64,000 nt of DNA from Minisyncoccota bacterium (GCA_041649495.1 JBAZMZ010000001.1:623-64622), one strand, 5' to 3'; counted from the first letter of the stretch, positions 48,160 to 57,483 are shown. Notes: generated by a model from the sequence alone, not told the origin. Numbers and translations are program-made.

Positions 48160-50190
48160 ATGCTTGTCTCTCATAATTGGCTCCAAAAATATTTTGACGC
48201 AAAATTGCCTAAGGCGAGCGTTTTAGCGGATAAAATAATTTTTCACGCTTTTGAAGTCGAAGATATTGTCGAAAAAGATGGTGATTGCTTAATGGATGTT
48301 AAAGTATTGCCCGATCGCGCTCATGATTGCTTGTGTCATTATGGCCTGGCTAAAGAAATTTCGGCGCTATTTGATTTGAGGCTTAAATCTGCCGTCACCA
48401 AGGGGAACCCTTTGGGAGCAGTTCAAGGGTTTCCCTTGGTGACGGTTCGGAATCTTAATATTAAAATTGAGGATGAAAAACTTTGTCGGCGATACATCGG
48501 GAGAATGGTTGAGAATGTTGCCGTCAAAAATTCAGCTGATTGGCTTAAAAAAGATTTAGAAAAATTAGATCAGCGTTCGATTTTTAATATTGTTGATTTG
48601 GCTAATTACGTGATGTTCGATGTGGGGCAACCCTTGCACGCGTTTGACGCTGATAAAGTTCAGGGAGGAATCACGGTGCGGTTGGCGAAGACGGGAGAAA
48701 AAATCACGACTCTTGATAACCAAGAAGTTAATTTGGATGAAAGCATTTTAATCATTGCTGATGATGAGGGCCCGCTAGCGATCGCGGGGATTAAGGGGGG
48801 CAAAAAAGCCGAAGTGACCAATGAGACGAAAAACTTGATTTTAGAATCAGCCAATTTTGATCCAGTTAATATCCGCCAGACGGCGCAAAAAATTGGTATT
48901 AGAACCGATGCTTCAAAAAGATTTGAAAATGAAATTTCGACTGAAGTGGCGGGTTATGCCATGGATTTACTCACTGATTTAATAATCAAAGAGGCCGGGA
49001 CAAGCGAAACAAAAGTCGGGGAAAAAGTTGACGAGTATAAAATTAAAAATATTCCCGCGCCGATTGAATTTGCCATTAAAGAATTTAGTGAAAGATTGGG
49101 AGTAGACATTGCGCCTGAAGAGTCTATTAAAATTCTTGAGAGCTTGGGTATTGAAGTTGAAGTGAGCACCAAGGGGAACCCTTTGGGAGCAGTTCAAGGG
49201 TTTCCCTTGGTGCGCTTGACCCCTCCGGTTGAGAGATTAGACCTTCAAGCGAAAGAAAATTATGTGGAAGAAGTGGGGCGAATCTATGGGTATGACAAAA
49301 TTGCCGGCGTGGTGAGTTTGGGAGCCGAGCTTCCAAACTCCCGAAGCTCGGCTCCCAAACTCTCGGGAGCCGAAGCTGAAGCGGAGAAAAGATTTAATCT
49401 CGCCAATAAAATCCGGGTGATTTTGAAGGGGGAAGGTTTTACTGAAGTTTATGGCTATACTTTTACCAACAAGGGCGAAGTCGAAGTGGCGAATCCGTTG
49501 GCGAGTGATAAAAAGTTTTTGCGCACTAATTTAACCGATTGGCTGATCGAAAAAATTAAATTTAATTTGCCTTATGTTTTATTTGATAACGAAGCGGTTA
49601 AGATTTTTGAAATCGGGAAAGTTTTTGTCGGCGGAAAAGAGGAGACTCGATTGGGGTTGGGGATTGGCTACAAAAAGAAAATTAAAGGTCAGGATGCACA
49701 GAAGGAAGTTGAGGGGACTTTGGTTAAGTTGGCGGAGCGGTTCGAGATTCAATCTCTGGAGGCTTTGAGATTGGATCTCGAACCGCCAACGGTTGACGAG
49801 GTTTCCGCGGTTCAAGAATTTAATTTTGATAAGTTATCCGAAGAAATTAAAGAGGCAAAAGAAGTTAAGTTGTCAGACCTAATCAACAAAAACGCTAGTT
49901 ATAAACTTGTCTCGCCTTACCCGCGCATTATCCGTGACGTTGCCGTTTGGGTGCCCGAGAATACTCAAACCGATGAAGTGGCAAAAATTATAAAAGAATC
50001 AGCAGGGGAGCTTTGTGTGGCGGGGCCGATTCTTTTTGACGAATTTGCAAAGGAAGGGAGAAAGTCGCTGGCCTTTCGCCTCGTCTTTCAATCTTACACC
50101 AAAACCCTCTCCGATGATGAAACTAACGCCCCAATGGCTCAAATTATTAAAAATCTCGAAAAACAAGCTGGTTTTGAAGTGAGGAAATAA
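48160..50190 (+). CDS. pheT: Phenylalanine--tRNA ligase beta subunit (no OB domain) with four palindromic insertions
   Basis: PDRAHDCL, GQPLHAFD, TDASKRFE, EEVGRIYGY, YPRIIRDVA. Confidence 0.95.
   Translation: MLVSHNWLQKYFDAKLPKASVLADKIIFHAFEVEDIVEKDGDCLMDVKVLPDRAHDCLCHYGLAKEISALFDLRLKSAVTKGNPLGAVQGFPLVTVRNLNIKIEDEKLCRRYIGRMVENVAVKNSADWLKKDLEKLDQRSIFNIVDLANYVMFDVGQPLHAFDADKVQGGITVRLAKTGEKITTLDNQEVNLDESILIIADDEGPLAIAGIKGGKKAEVTNETKNLILESANFDPVNIRQTAQKIGIRTDASKRFENEISTEVAGYAMDLLTDLIIKEAGTSETKVGEKVDEYKIKNIPAPIEFAIKEFSERLGVDIAPEESIKILESLGIEVEVSTKGNPLGAVQGFPLVRLTPPVERLDLQAKENYVEEVGRIYGYDKIAGVVSLGAELPNSRSSAPKLSGAEAEAEKRFNLANKIRVILKGEGFTEVYGYTFTNKGEVEVANPLASDKKFLRTNLTDWLIEKIKFNLPYVLFDNEAVKIFEIGKVFVGGKEETRLGLGIGYKKKIKGQDAQKEVEGTLVKLAERFEIQSLEALRLDLEPPTVDEVSAVQEFNFDKLSEEIKEAKEVKLSDLINKNASYKLVSPYPRIIRDVAVWVPENTQTDEVAKIIKESAGELCVAGPILFDEFAKEGRKSLAFRLVFQSYTKTLSDDETNAPMAQIIKNLEKQAGFEVRK
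48392..48445. repeat. Family A palindromic doublet, VTKGNPLGAVQGFPLVT
   Basis: CCGTCACCAAGGGGAACCCTT-TGGGAGCAGTTC-AAGGGTTTCCCTTGGTGACGG. Confidence 0.9.
49166..49213. repeat. Family A palindromic doublet, STKGNPLGAVQGFPLV
   Basis: Core identical to 48392-48445 with different outer arms. Confidence 0.9.
49314..49362. repeat. Palindromic doublet in pheT, SLGAELPNSRSSAPKL
   Basis: Perfect 20-bp arms GAGTTTGGGAGCCGAGCTTC with a 9-nt spacer. Confidence 0.85.
49737..49786. repeat. Palindromic doublet in pheT, RFEIQSLEALRLDLEP
   Basis: GCGGTTCGAGATTCAATCTC-10nt-GAGATTGGATCTCGAACCGC. Confidence 0.85.
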
Positions 50191-50204
50191 AAAACCTTAA
50201 AAAA

Positions 50205-50420
50205 CAAAAAGACGTGATCGGACCGTCTTAGTTGTGGCCTTCGCGTCAGCAGGTTGGCCGTACCAGTGTGAGGTGCCCGGACTCAGCTCCCTATCTCTAG
50301 GAGAACCTTACCTTGGGCTCCAGCCTTGTTAGGCAATGGTGGCTCACGCCTTGGACCTTGCCACTCACGTCTGTTCCCTGCCCTTTATCGACAGGGGGTA
50401 TTGTTTTGTGCCAGGTCCGA
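50205..50420 (-). ncRNA. Candidate structured ncRNA, family unassigned
   Basis: GC-rich, no ORF in the track; TGGACA-17-TAGTAT promoter just upstream; complementary ends; T-run at 3' end. Confidence 0.45.
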
Positions 50421-50499
50421 ATTAATACTACTAAAAGGCTACTAATTTGTCCAGTTTTTATTGTTTGTTTTTAGGGTTGAGTTATGCTATAATAACCTT

Positions 50500-52560
50500 A
50501 TGAATAGCCCTAAAACACGCAAATATAGCGCGGACGATATCGTGGTGCTCGAGGGTCTAGATCCGGTTCGTAAGCGTCCTGGTATGTATATTGGTTCGAC
50601 TGGCGAGGATGGCCTCCACCATCTCTTGGTTGAGATTTTTGACAACTCTCGCGATGAGGCGATGAACGGTTTTTGTAGTGAGATTGAAGTTGCTCTTTTG
50701 CCTGGTAACGCGGTGCGCATTGTGGATAATGGCACAGGGATCCCAGTTGATGTCCATAAAAAAACTAAAGTCTCGGCGCTCGAAACGGTGCTTACTGTTC
50801 TCCACGCCGGTGGCAAATTTGAAGGTGATGGTTATAAAATCTCTGGCGGTTTGCATGGTGTCGGCGCGTCAGTGGTTAACGCCCTTTCGACTTGGCTCAA
50901 GGCCGAGGTTCATCGTGATGGTGGCAAATACGCACAAGAATACGCGCAGGGCAAGAAAAAAAATAATGTTAAAAAGGTGGCTAGTTCCAAGCTTCACGGG
51001 ACCGTTATTATGTTCCAACCTGATCCAACGATTTTTTCTGAAACCGTCTATGATTGGGATCGAGTCGTTAATCATTTGCGTGGGCAGGCTTATCTCGTCA
51101 AAGGTTTGCGGGTTCGAGTGATTGATGCGCGCGACACGAAGGAGAAAATCGATCTCGACAAGATCTTTTGGTTGAAGGAACTCGAGCTTGAGGTGCCGTC
51201 AAAAACTTTCTATTTTGAGGGCGGGTTATTGTCTCTCGTGCGTTATTATAATCGTCACGACAAACCGCTTCATCGCGAGATTTTTTATGTTGAGAAAGAA
51301 GCGAATGAAGTGATGGTAGAAGTAGCGCTTCAATATGTTGATGATATTGATGCCAAAGAAACCAGTTTTACTAACAACACGATTACGCCGGAGGGCGGGA
51401 TGCACTTAACCGGCTTTCGTTCGGCGCTGACCCGAATTCTAAATGATTACGGTAAGAAAAATAATATTTTAAAAGAGAGTGAGGGAGGTTTGACTGGCGA
51501 CGATGTGCGCGAAGGGCTAACCGCGGTGATTTCGGTCAAATTAAGAAACCCGCAATTTGAGGGTCAGACTAAGGCCAAATTGGGGAGTGTGGAGGCTCGC
51601 GGGGCCGTCGAAACGGTCTTCGGCGAGGCCTTTAACGCTTATCTAGAAGAACACCCCGATGACGCCAAAGCTATCATCAGCAAGTCAATTTTGGCTCTCA
51701 AAGCTCGTAAGGCGGCCAAAGCGGCCAAGGATAGCGTGATTCGTAAGGGGGCGCTGGAGGGTATGACCTTGCCAGGCAAATTGGCTGATTGTCAAAGTCG
51801 CGATCCGGAAGAATCCGAAATCTTTATTGTGGAGGGTGATTCGGCCGGTGGCTCGGGTAAACAAGGGCGTGATCGCCATACTCAAGCGATTCTCCCGCTC
51901 AAGGGCAAGATTTTGAATGTCGAGAAAGCGCGTCTTGATAAGATGTTGGCGTTTAAAGAAATCAAATCGCTGATTATTGCGATGGGGGTGGGGATTGGCG
52001 ATATGATGGATCTTTCAAAATTACGTTATCATAAAATTATTATCGCGACCGATGCCGACGTGGACGGGGCGCATATTACGACCTTATTGTTGACTTTCTT
52101 TTTCCGTTATTACAAACCCTTGATTGATGCAGGACATATTTATATCGCTCAACCGCCGTTGTATAAAATTAAAAAAGGTAAAGAAACGGTTTACGCTTAT
52201 ACCGATGAAGAAAAGGCCAAAGTGATTAAGTCGATGGGGGGCAATGAGACTGAAGTGAAAGAGGTTGACGATTCGCTTGAAACGGATATTGGGGGAGAAG
52301 AAAATGAGGGGGGAGAGGAAATAGAAGCTAAGGCCAAATCAGGCAAAATCTCGATTCAACGCTATAAGGGTTTGGGCGAAATGAATCCTGAAGAATTATG
52401 GGAAACCACCATGAACCCGGCTTCTCGCATCTTGAAACAAGTGACCGCGCTCAATGTGGAAGAAGCCGACAAGACCTTCGACGTCTTAATGGGTTCGGAA
52501 GTTGAACCCCGCAAAATCTTCATTCAGACCCACGCGCATTTGGCGAACGTTGACGTCTAG
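50500..52560 (+). CDS. gyrB: DNA gyrase subunit B
   Basis: VRKRPGMYIG, GGLHGVG, VEGDSAGGS, TDADVDG, RYKGLGEMN; start moved to MNSPK. Confidence 0.95.
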   Translation: MNSPKTRKYSADDIVVLEGLDPVRKRPGMYIGSTGEDGLHHLLVEIFDNSRDEAMNGFCSEIEVALLPGNAVRIVDNGTGIPVDVHKKTKVSALETVLTVLHAGGKFEGDGYKISGGLHGVGASVVNALSTWLKAEVHRDGGKYAQEYAQGKKKNNVKKVASSKLHGTVIMFQPDPTIFSETVYDWDRVVNHLRGQAYLVKGLRVRVIDARDTKEKIDLDKIFWLKELELEVPSKTFYFEGGLLSLVRYYNRHDKPLHREIFYVEKEANEVMVEVALQYVDDIDAKETSFTNNTITPEGGMHLTGFRSALTRILNDYGKKNNILKESEGGLTGDDVREGLTAVISVKLRNPQFEGQTKAKLGSVEARGAVETVFGEAFNAYLEEHPDDAKAIISKSILALKARKAAKAAKDSVIRKGALEGMTLPGKLADCQSRDPEESEIFIVEGDSAGGSGKQGRDRHTQAILPLKGKILNVEKARLDKMLAFKEIKSLIIAMGVGIGDMMDLSKLRYHKIIIATDADVDGAHITTLLLTFFFRYYKPLIDAGHIYIAQPPLYKIKKGKETVYAYTDEEKAKVIKSMGGNETEVKEVDDSLETDIGGEENEGGEEIEAKAKSGKISIQRYKGLGEMNPEELWETTMNPASRILKQVTALNVEEADKTFDVLMGSEVEPRKIFIQTHAHLANVDV

Positions 52561-54398
52561 TTTCGGTTTTTAATTTCAGCGAGAATTTTGGTGATGAAGT
52601 TGGGGAGGGAAACTTTTTCGCTTTTGTCGTCAGAATTGCGAGTCTCGACGGTGATCATTTTTTCTTCCATTTCTTTATCGCCAAGAACGACGAGGTAAGG
52701 GATTTTTTGCATTTTGGCGTTTCTAATCTTTTTGCCCAAGGTCTCATTTGATTCGTCTAGCTCTGTTCTGATGCCATTTTCTTTTAGCGAGGCGAAAACT
52801 TCTTGCGCGTAAGCCATTTGCTTTTCGCTAATTGGTAAAATTTTCACTTGGACTGGCGCGAGCCAAGTGGGGAAGGCACCAGCATAATGTTCAATTAATA
52901 AGCCAATGAATCTTTCGAAACTGCCGAATAAAGCGCGGTGAAGCATGTAGGGTCGTTCTTCTTGGCCCTCACTATTGGTAAAGGTCATCTCGAATCGTTC
53001 GGGCAAGTTAAAGTCAAATTGGAGGGTTGAACATTGCCAGAGTCGACCCAAACAATCCTTAATCTTGAAGTCTAACTTCGGGCCATAGAAAGCGGCTTCC
53101 CCCAATTCTTCTTGAAAGTCGAGCTTTTTTTCTTGGGCAATTTTTCGTAAGACATTTTCGGTGAATTCCCAACCTTCATCGGTGCCAGCATATTTATCTT
53201 TATTTTGCGGATCACGAAGTGAGAGAAAGACTTTAACCGAATTGATATCAAAGCCAAAAGCCTCATAAATGAAGAGAATAAAATCAACAACCTGTTTTAA
53301 TTCTTGTTCAACTTGATCTTGACGACAAATGATGTGGGCATCATCTTGAGTAAAACCGCGAACCCTGGTTAAACCCGATAACTCGCCTCGTTTTTCAAAT
53401 CGATAAACTGTTCCGCACTCGGCCCAACGTAAGGGCAGGTCACGGTAAGAGTGAGGATTATTTTTATAGATTTGAACATGGAAAGGGCAATTCATTGGTT
53501 TGATCAAATATTCCTCTGACTTTTCCGCTTTTTGACCTAATTGTCTCTCTTCTAATGTTTGCCCGACTTCCATTGGTGGATACATACTCTTGTTGTAAAA
53601 GCCCCAATGGCCCGAAGTCTCCCAAAGAATTTTACTACCAATATGGGGACTTCTAACTAAATCATAGCCATTTTCTAAATGTTTGGCATACCAAAAATCC
53701 TCAATCACTCGCCAGAGAATAGCGCCCTTGGGATGCCAGAGAGGTAAACCGAGGCCAACTTTTTCGTCGATATGAAAGAGGTCTAATTCCTTACCCAATT
53801 TACGATGATCCCTTTTTTCGGCTTCGGCTTGTTGGTCGAGGTAAGTGTCGAGCTCGCCTTTGTTGGCAAAAGCGACGCCATAGATACGAGTCAGCATTTT
53901 ATTTTTCTCATCACCCTGCCAATAAGCGCCAGCGACCCGAGTCAGGCGAAAAGCGTCGCGAGCAATTTCGCTCGAGTTAGCCACGTGGGGCCCGGCGCAA
54001 AGATCGGCAAAGTTTGCCTGGCTTTCTGGCGACGAGGTGTCTGATTTATAAATAGAAATTTTTTCACCAGTTTTGTCGAGCACTTCAATTAACTCCAATT
54101 TATAAGGCTCGTTAGCAAAAATTTCTCGCGCTTGATCGGCGCTAATTTCTTCGCGCCTGAAGTCTATATTTTGACTGACCAAGGCACGTATCGCTTTTTC
54201 TAATTCTAATAGCTCATTTTCGGCCGGTACGGTTTGACCAAAATCAAAATCATAATAAAAGCCGTTTTCAATGATCTGGCCAATCCCCAATTTGATCTCG
54301 GGATATTTGGCCTTAATGGCTATGGCTAATAAATGAGCCAGCGAATGACGAATTTTGTTTATGCTGAGCTCTATCGAAGTATTTATATTGTTTTCCAT
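52557..54398 (-). CDS. thrS: Threonine--tRNA ligase
   Basis: RHSLAH, DLCAGPH, RDHRKLG, KPMNCP, AFYGPKLD. Confidence 0.98.
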   Translation of the reverse strand: MENNINTSIELSINKIRHSLAHLLAIAIKAKYPEIKLGIGQIIENGFYYDFDFGQTVPAENELLELEKAIRALVSQNIDFRREEISADQAREIFANEPYKLELIEVLDKTGEKISIYKSDTSSPESQANFADLCAGPHVANSSEIARDAFRLTRVAGAYWQGDEKNKMLTRIYGVAFANKGELDTYLDQQAEAEKRDHRKLGKELDLFHIDEKVGLGLPLWHPKGAILWRVIEDFWYAKHLENGYDLVRSPHIGSKILWETSGHWGFYNKSMYPPMEVGQTLEERQLGQKAEKSEEYLIKPMNCPFHVQIYKNNPHSYRDLPLRWAECGTVYRFEKRGELSGLTRVRGFTQDDAHIICRQDQVEQELKQVVDFILFIYEAFGFDINSVKVFLSLRDPQNKDKYAGTDEGWEFTENVLRKIAQEKKLDFQEELGEAAFYGPKLDFKIKDCLGRLWQCSTLQFDFNLPERFEMTFTNSEGQEERPYMLHRALFGSFERFIGLLIEHYAGAFPTWLAPVQVKILPISEKQMAYAQEVFASLKENGIRTELDESNETLGKKIRNAKMQKIPYLVVLGDKEMEEKMITVETRNSDDKSEKVSLPNFITKILAEIKNRN

Positions 54399-54507
54399 AT
54401 TTTTTTAATTAATAATTAGACTTGACTTTTTAATAATTGGGTATAGACTACAAGGACAAATGGCTTCGGCCCGACTCACGCGCAAGCGTGAGGTTACAAG
54501 GAAGAAC

Positions 54508-54906
54508 TCAAGGGATCAAAGCCTTGAGTTTTTTCGTCAACTCACCAAACTCTTCTTCTGGCAAATCTCCGACCTTGTAGCTTAATCTCTTGGCGTCAAT
54601 TAGGCGTATTTGAGATAAAATAGCACTGCCATAAACATTATCTTGGGTAGTTATTTTAAAGTAATAGATAGATTCCTTGTTGTTTGAAGTTAAAGGAATA
54701 CCCCAAAATATTTCATTGTTGAATTTTCTAATGATTATTATTGGCCGGAGAAAATCAATACCTTTGCCATCCTGTTCAAACCCGATGTTTTCTCCAAGAT
54801 GGCAATACCAAATTTCTCGTTCATGAAAAAAGGCTCGATTAATGTCCGGCTCATTCTGAAGTCGACTTTTTAACGGTTGCCAATTTTTGTAATTTTTTTC
54901 TTCCAT
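54508..54906 (-). CDS. PemK/MazF-family toxin with no adjacent protein antitoxin
   Basis: EIW...LGENIGFEQ.GK...RP.III, GIPLTS, LSQIRLID.KRL. Confidence 0.85.
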   Translation of the reverse strand: MEEKNYKNWQPLKSRLQNEPDINRAFFHEREIWYCHLGENIGFEQDGKGIDFLRPIIIIRKFNNEIFWGIPLTSNNKESIYYFKITTQDNVYGSAILSQIRLIDAKRLSYKVGDLPEEEFGELTKKLKALIP

Positions 54907-54934
54907 TATTTTGATTTTTTAACGAAGATAATAA

Positions 54935-55135
54935 AACGAAGCGCCCCGGCAAAAACACAAAGTGTTTTTGCCGGGGCGATAATTTGTTTAGAATTTTCGC
55001 GGTTCCACCCGACTTCGCCCTGCCGAAGTTCCTTTTTTGAACGAAGGCTGGCAACCTCATTACTGATTAGATTAGTCCCAGCTCGGGAACCCATTTAATG
55101 GGCGAGTGGTTGGTAGCCACTCCAATCTCTAAGGT
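54935..55135 (-). promoter_or_regulatory. T-box riboswitch (transcriptional attenuator), probably Thr
   Basis: GGGTGGAACCGCG T-box at 54998-55010; antiterminator CGGG-[TGGAACC]-GCGA..TCGC-CCCG; overlapping 17-bp terminator stem 54942-54978; upstream of thrS. Confidence 0.85.
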
Positions 55136-55191
55136 AATTTAATGTTAGGCCTTATTGAATAAATTGTCAAATTGTTATATCGTATTAGAGT

Positions 55192-56142
55192 ATGAAAAAA
55201 TATCTAATTGTCCTTCTCGTTGTTATTTTAATTAGTATTGTGGCTCGGGCAATTTATTTGAAATTAAATAATTCTCCAGAAGATCAAGCTGTTTTCAACC
55301 GGGTTATCTTAAGGGGAACTAAGGGTGGTTATTATTTTTCTAGTCGCGAGGGTGAATCAATCTATTTGTCCACAAAGGTGGCGGGTCAATACAATGACTT
55401 TTTAGCAGAAAATTTTGATAAAGAATTAAATATTGAGGGTTGGGTTACTGAATATCCTTGTCCCAAAAACGAAGACAAAATGACCCAATGTTTTAATGGC
55501 AAAATGTTAAGCCAATTAGACAGAGTTTCTTTATCTGCTGAATCGTTCCCTGTTCAATCGACGGCCCATCAATATTCTTGCCAAGCGGATAATGATTGCC
55601 ATCTCTCTTGCATTTGGGGAGCGGTTAACGAAGCTTGGTATGTGAACAACGGACAAGAGGAGAATTGTGTCGGTGGTTGTAATGGTATTGGGATGAAAGT
55701 TCATTGCGTTAATAATGTTTGCCACACTTTTCTTGTTAATGATAAACCAGCCGATTTTTACTGCAGTGGTCGCGACAAGAAATTTAATTTGTCAGGACAA
55801 ATTTCTTGCGCTAAAGAAAACGAAGCCATCGGTGCGATGGAGATGCCAAATCAATGTTGTATCGGGTTGTTACCGATGGTCGGCGGTTATAACGAAACGA
55901 ATTGTAGCTTGCCCCCAGCTCCCACTGGTTTGAGTGTTTGTTCAAATTGTGGTGATGGTGTTTGCAACCAAGGAGTTGAAAATAAATGTAATTGCCCGGC
56001 CGATTGTGGTAACGAAAAAAAGAAATGCGAAGATTATGAAAATGTCTGTGGCGAAGCGCTCTTTGAACAACAACAAAAAAGCGGAGACATCTACGATCCG
56101 GATAAAAAATGCTGGTTCAAATGTGTTACCCCGGGCACTTAA
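55192..56142 (+). CDS. Cys-rich membrane-anchored/secreted protein
   Basis: MKKYLIV anchor; CQADNDC and CGDGVC....EN...CPADC modules. Confidence 0.75.
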   Translation: MKKYLIVLLVVILISIVARAIYLKLNNSPEDQAVFNRVILRGTKGGYYFSSREGESIYLSTKVAGQYNDFLAENFDKELNIEGWVTEYPCPKNEDKMTQCFNGKMLSQLDRVSLSAESFPVQSTAHQYSCQADNDCHLSCIWGAVNEAWYVNNGQEENCVGGCNGIGMKVHCVNNVCHTFLVNDKPADFYCSGRDKKFNLSGQISCAKENEAIGAMEMPNQCCIGLLPMVGGYNETNCSLPPAPTGLSVCSNCGDGVCNQGVENKCNCPADCGNEKKKCEDYENVCGEALFEQQQKSGDIYDPDKKCWFKCVTPGT

Positions 56143-56166
56143 TTCTATCATTAATCCATAAATTTT

Positions 56167-56799
56167 ATGAAAAAATATCTAATTGTTCTAATCGTTGTCG
56201 TTCTGGTTATTATCAGCGCCGGAGTTGTTTATTGGAAATTGATTAAACCAATTTCAATTGTTCCCGACCAGGTTGCTTGTACCGAAGAAGCCAAAATTTG
56301 CCCCGATGGTTCAGCTGTTGGCCGTCAAGGCCCAAATTGTGAATTTGCGGAGTGTCCAGTTGCTCAAGCGGTTGACGAAACGGCTGATTGGAAGATTTAC
56401 AAAAATGATAAATATGGGTTTGAGTTTAAGTATCCAAGTAATTGGTCACTATCTAGCCAGGGTTCAGATCAAGAGATAAACATAAGACATTACTCAGATT
56501 CTTCGCAAAAGAAATTTGACGGAGCGATTATTCTTACGGTTGGTATGCCGATTGCAGGTGGCGAAAGACCAGATTTGGTTAAATCAGAAGAAGTAAAGGT
56601 TGATGGACAGATAGCGACGAGAAAGATTGAGAGCTGGAGCGCTCAAAGTAACAATAATTTAAGTTATCAATTGAATATCGAGTCAGGATCAAAAATTCTT
56701 ATCAGTGTTTACGCTTATGACGGAGAACACGGATATAGTTTGGATACTTATAACAGTCTTCTAGATAAAGTAATGGGGACTTTCAAATTCACCCAATAA
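56167..56799 (+). CDS. Membrane-anchored protein with ACTEEAKICPDG motif and PsbP-like domain
   Basis: CTEEAKICPDGSAVGRQGPNCEFAECP; WKIYKNDKYGFEFKYP. Confidence 0.75.
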   Translation: MKKYLIVLIVVVLVIISAGVVYWKLIKPISIVPDQVACTEEAKICPDGSAVGRQGPNCEFAECPVAQAVDETADWKIYKNDKYGFEFKYPSNWSLSSQGSDQEINIRHYSDSSQKKFDGAIILTVGMPIAGGERPDLVKSEEVKVDGQIATRKIESWSAQSNNNLSYQLNIESGSKILISVYAYDGEHGYSLDTYNSLLDKVMGTFKFTQ

Positions 56800-56907
56800 T
56801 TAAAGCTCTTTTACTGCCTCGATAATAATACTCGGCTCACCCCGCCTTCGCTGAAGCTACGGACGGGCAAGCGTTACGATGGGAGATTTTACCGCGGGAG
56901 GTGACGG
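56800..56907 (-). pseudogene. Diverged remnant of the dnaE 3' end interrupted by a 31-nt family C element
   Basis: Reads RGKISHRN/GEPSIIIEAVKEL-stop versus dnaE RGKISHRNGEPSIIIEAMKEL-stop. Confidence 0.85.
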
Positions 56908-56951
56908 TCCCTGTTGACTTTAGGCTGAGAATTGACTAAAATAAAGATAAT

Positions 56952-57218
56952 ATGGATATGAAAGGAATTGACAAAAATTACACTTTTCGCGTTATCATTG
57001 AACCGGAAAGCCCCAAGGGTTTTCATGGTTTTGTACCATTGCTTCGTGGTCTGCATACTTTTGGCGACTCGATGGATGAGGTCAGAAAAAATCTTAAAGA
57101 GGCGATAATTTGTCATTTGCAAGGTTTGGCCAAGGATAAACAGCCAGTTCCCCAAGAAGAAAACACTTTTGAGCTGGTTCAAACCTTTTCAGCTAAAGAA
57201 TTAGCCTTGAGTTGCTAA
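56952..57218 (+). CDS. hicB: HicB-family antitoxin (short)
   Basis: VP.L.GLHTFGDS.DE...NLKEAI motif. Confidence 0.85.
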   Translation: MDMKGIDKNYTFRVIIEPESPKGFHGFVPLLRGLHTFGDSMDEVRKNLKEAIICHLQGLAKDKQPVPQEENTFELVQTFSAKELALSC

Positions 57219-57225
57219 TTTAATT

Positions 57226-57462
57226 ATGCCGAAATTACCAGTAATTAAAGTCCGAGAGCTGGTAAAAATTTTAGATAGGCTTGGTTTTTTGAAACATCAT
57301 TGTATCGGTAGTCATGCTCAATTCAAACGTATCGATGGTTATCGAATTACAATTCCAATCCATCACGGCAAGGATTTTGACAAGGGAATCTTGAGAGGAA
57401 TAATTGGTGACCTTAATTTAACCGTTGACGAGTTTATTGTTCTCTTAAAAAAGAAAAAATAA
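57226..57462 (+). CDS. hicA: HicA-family toxin
   Basis: MPKLP, LGF, GSH, TIPIH, G.L..I motifs. Confidence 0.88.
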   Translation: MPKLPVIKVRELVKILDRLGFLKHHCIGSHAQFKRIDGYRITIPIHHGKDFDKGILRGIIGDLNLTVDEFIVLLKKKK

Positions 57463-57483
57463 TTATTATTAATTTTTAATTTA

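Noticed and set aside
54012-54037. Possible element in thrS (DTSSPESQA)
   Set aside because: It looks like a peptide insertion, but the hairpin is too degenerate to assign to a family.
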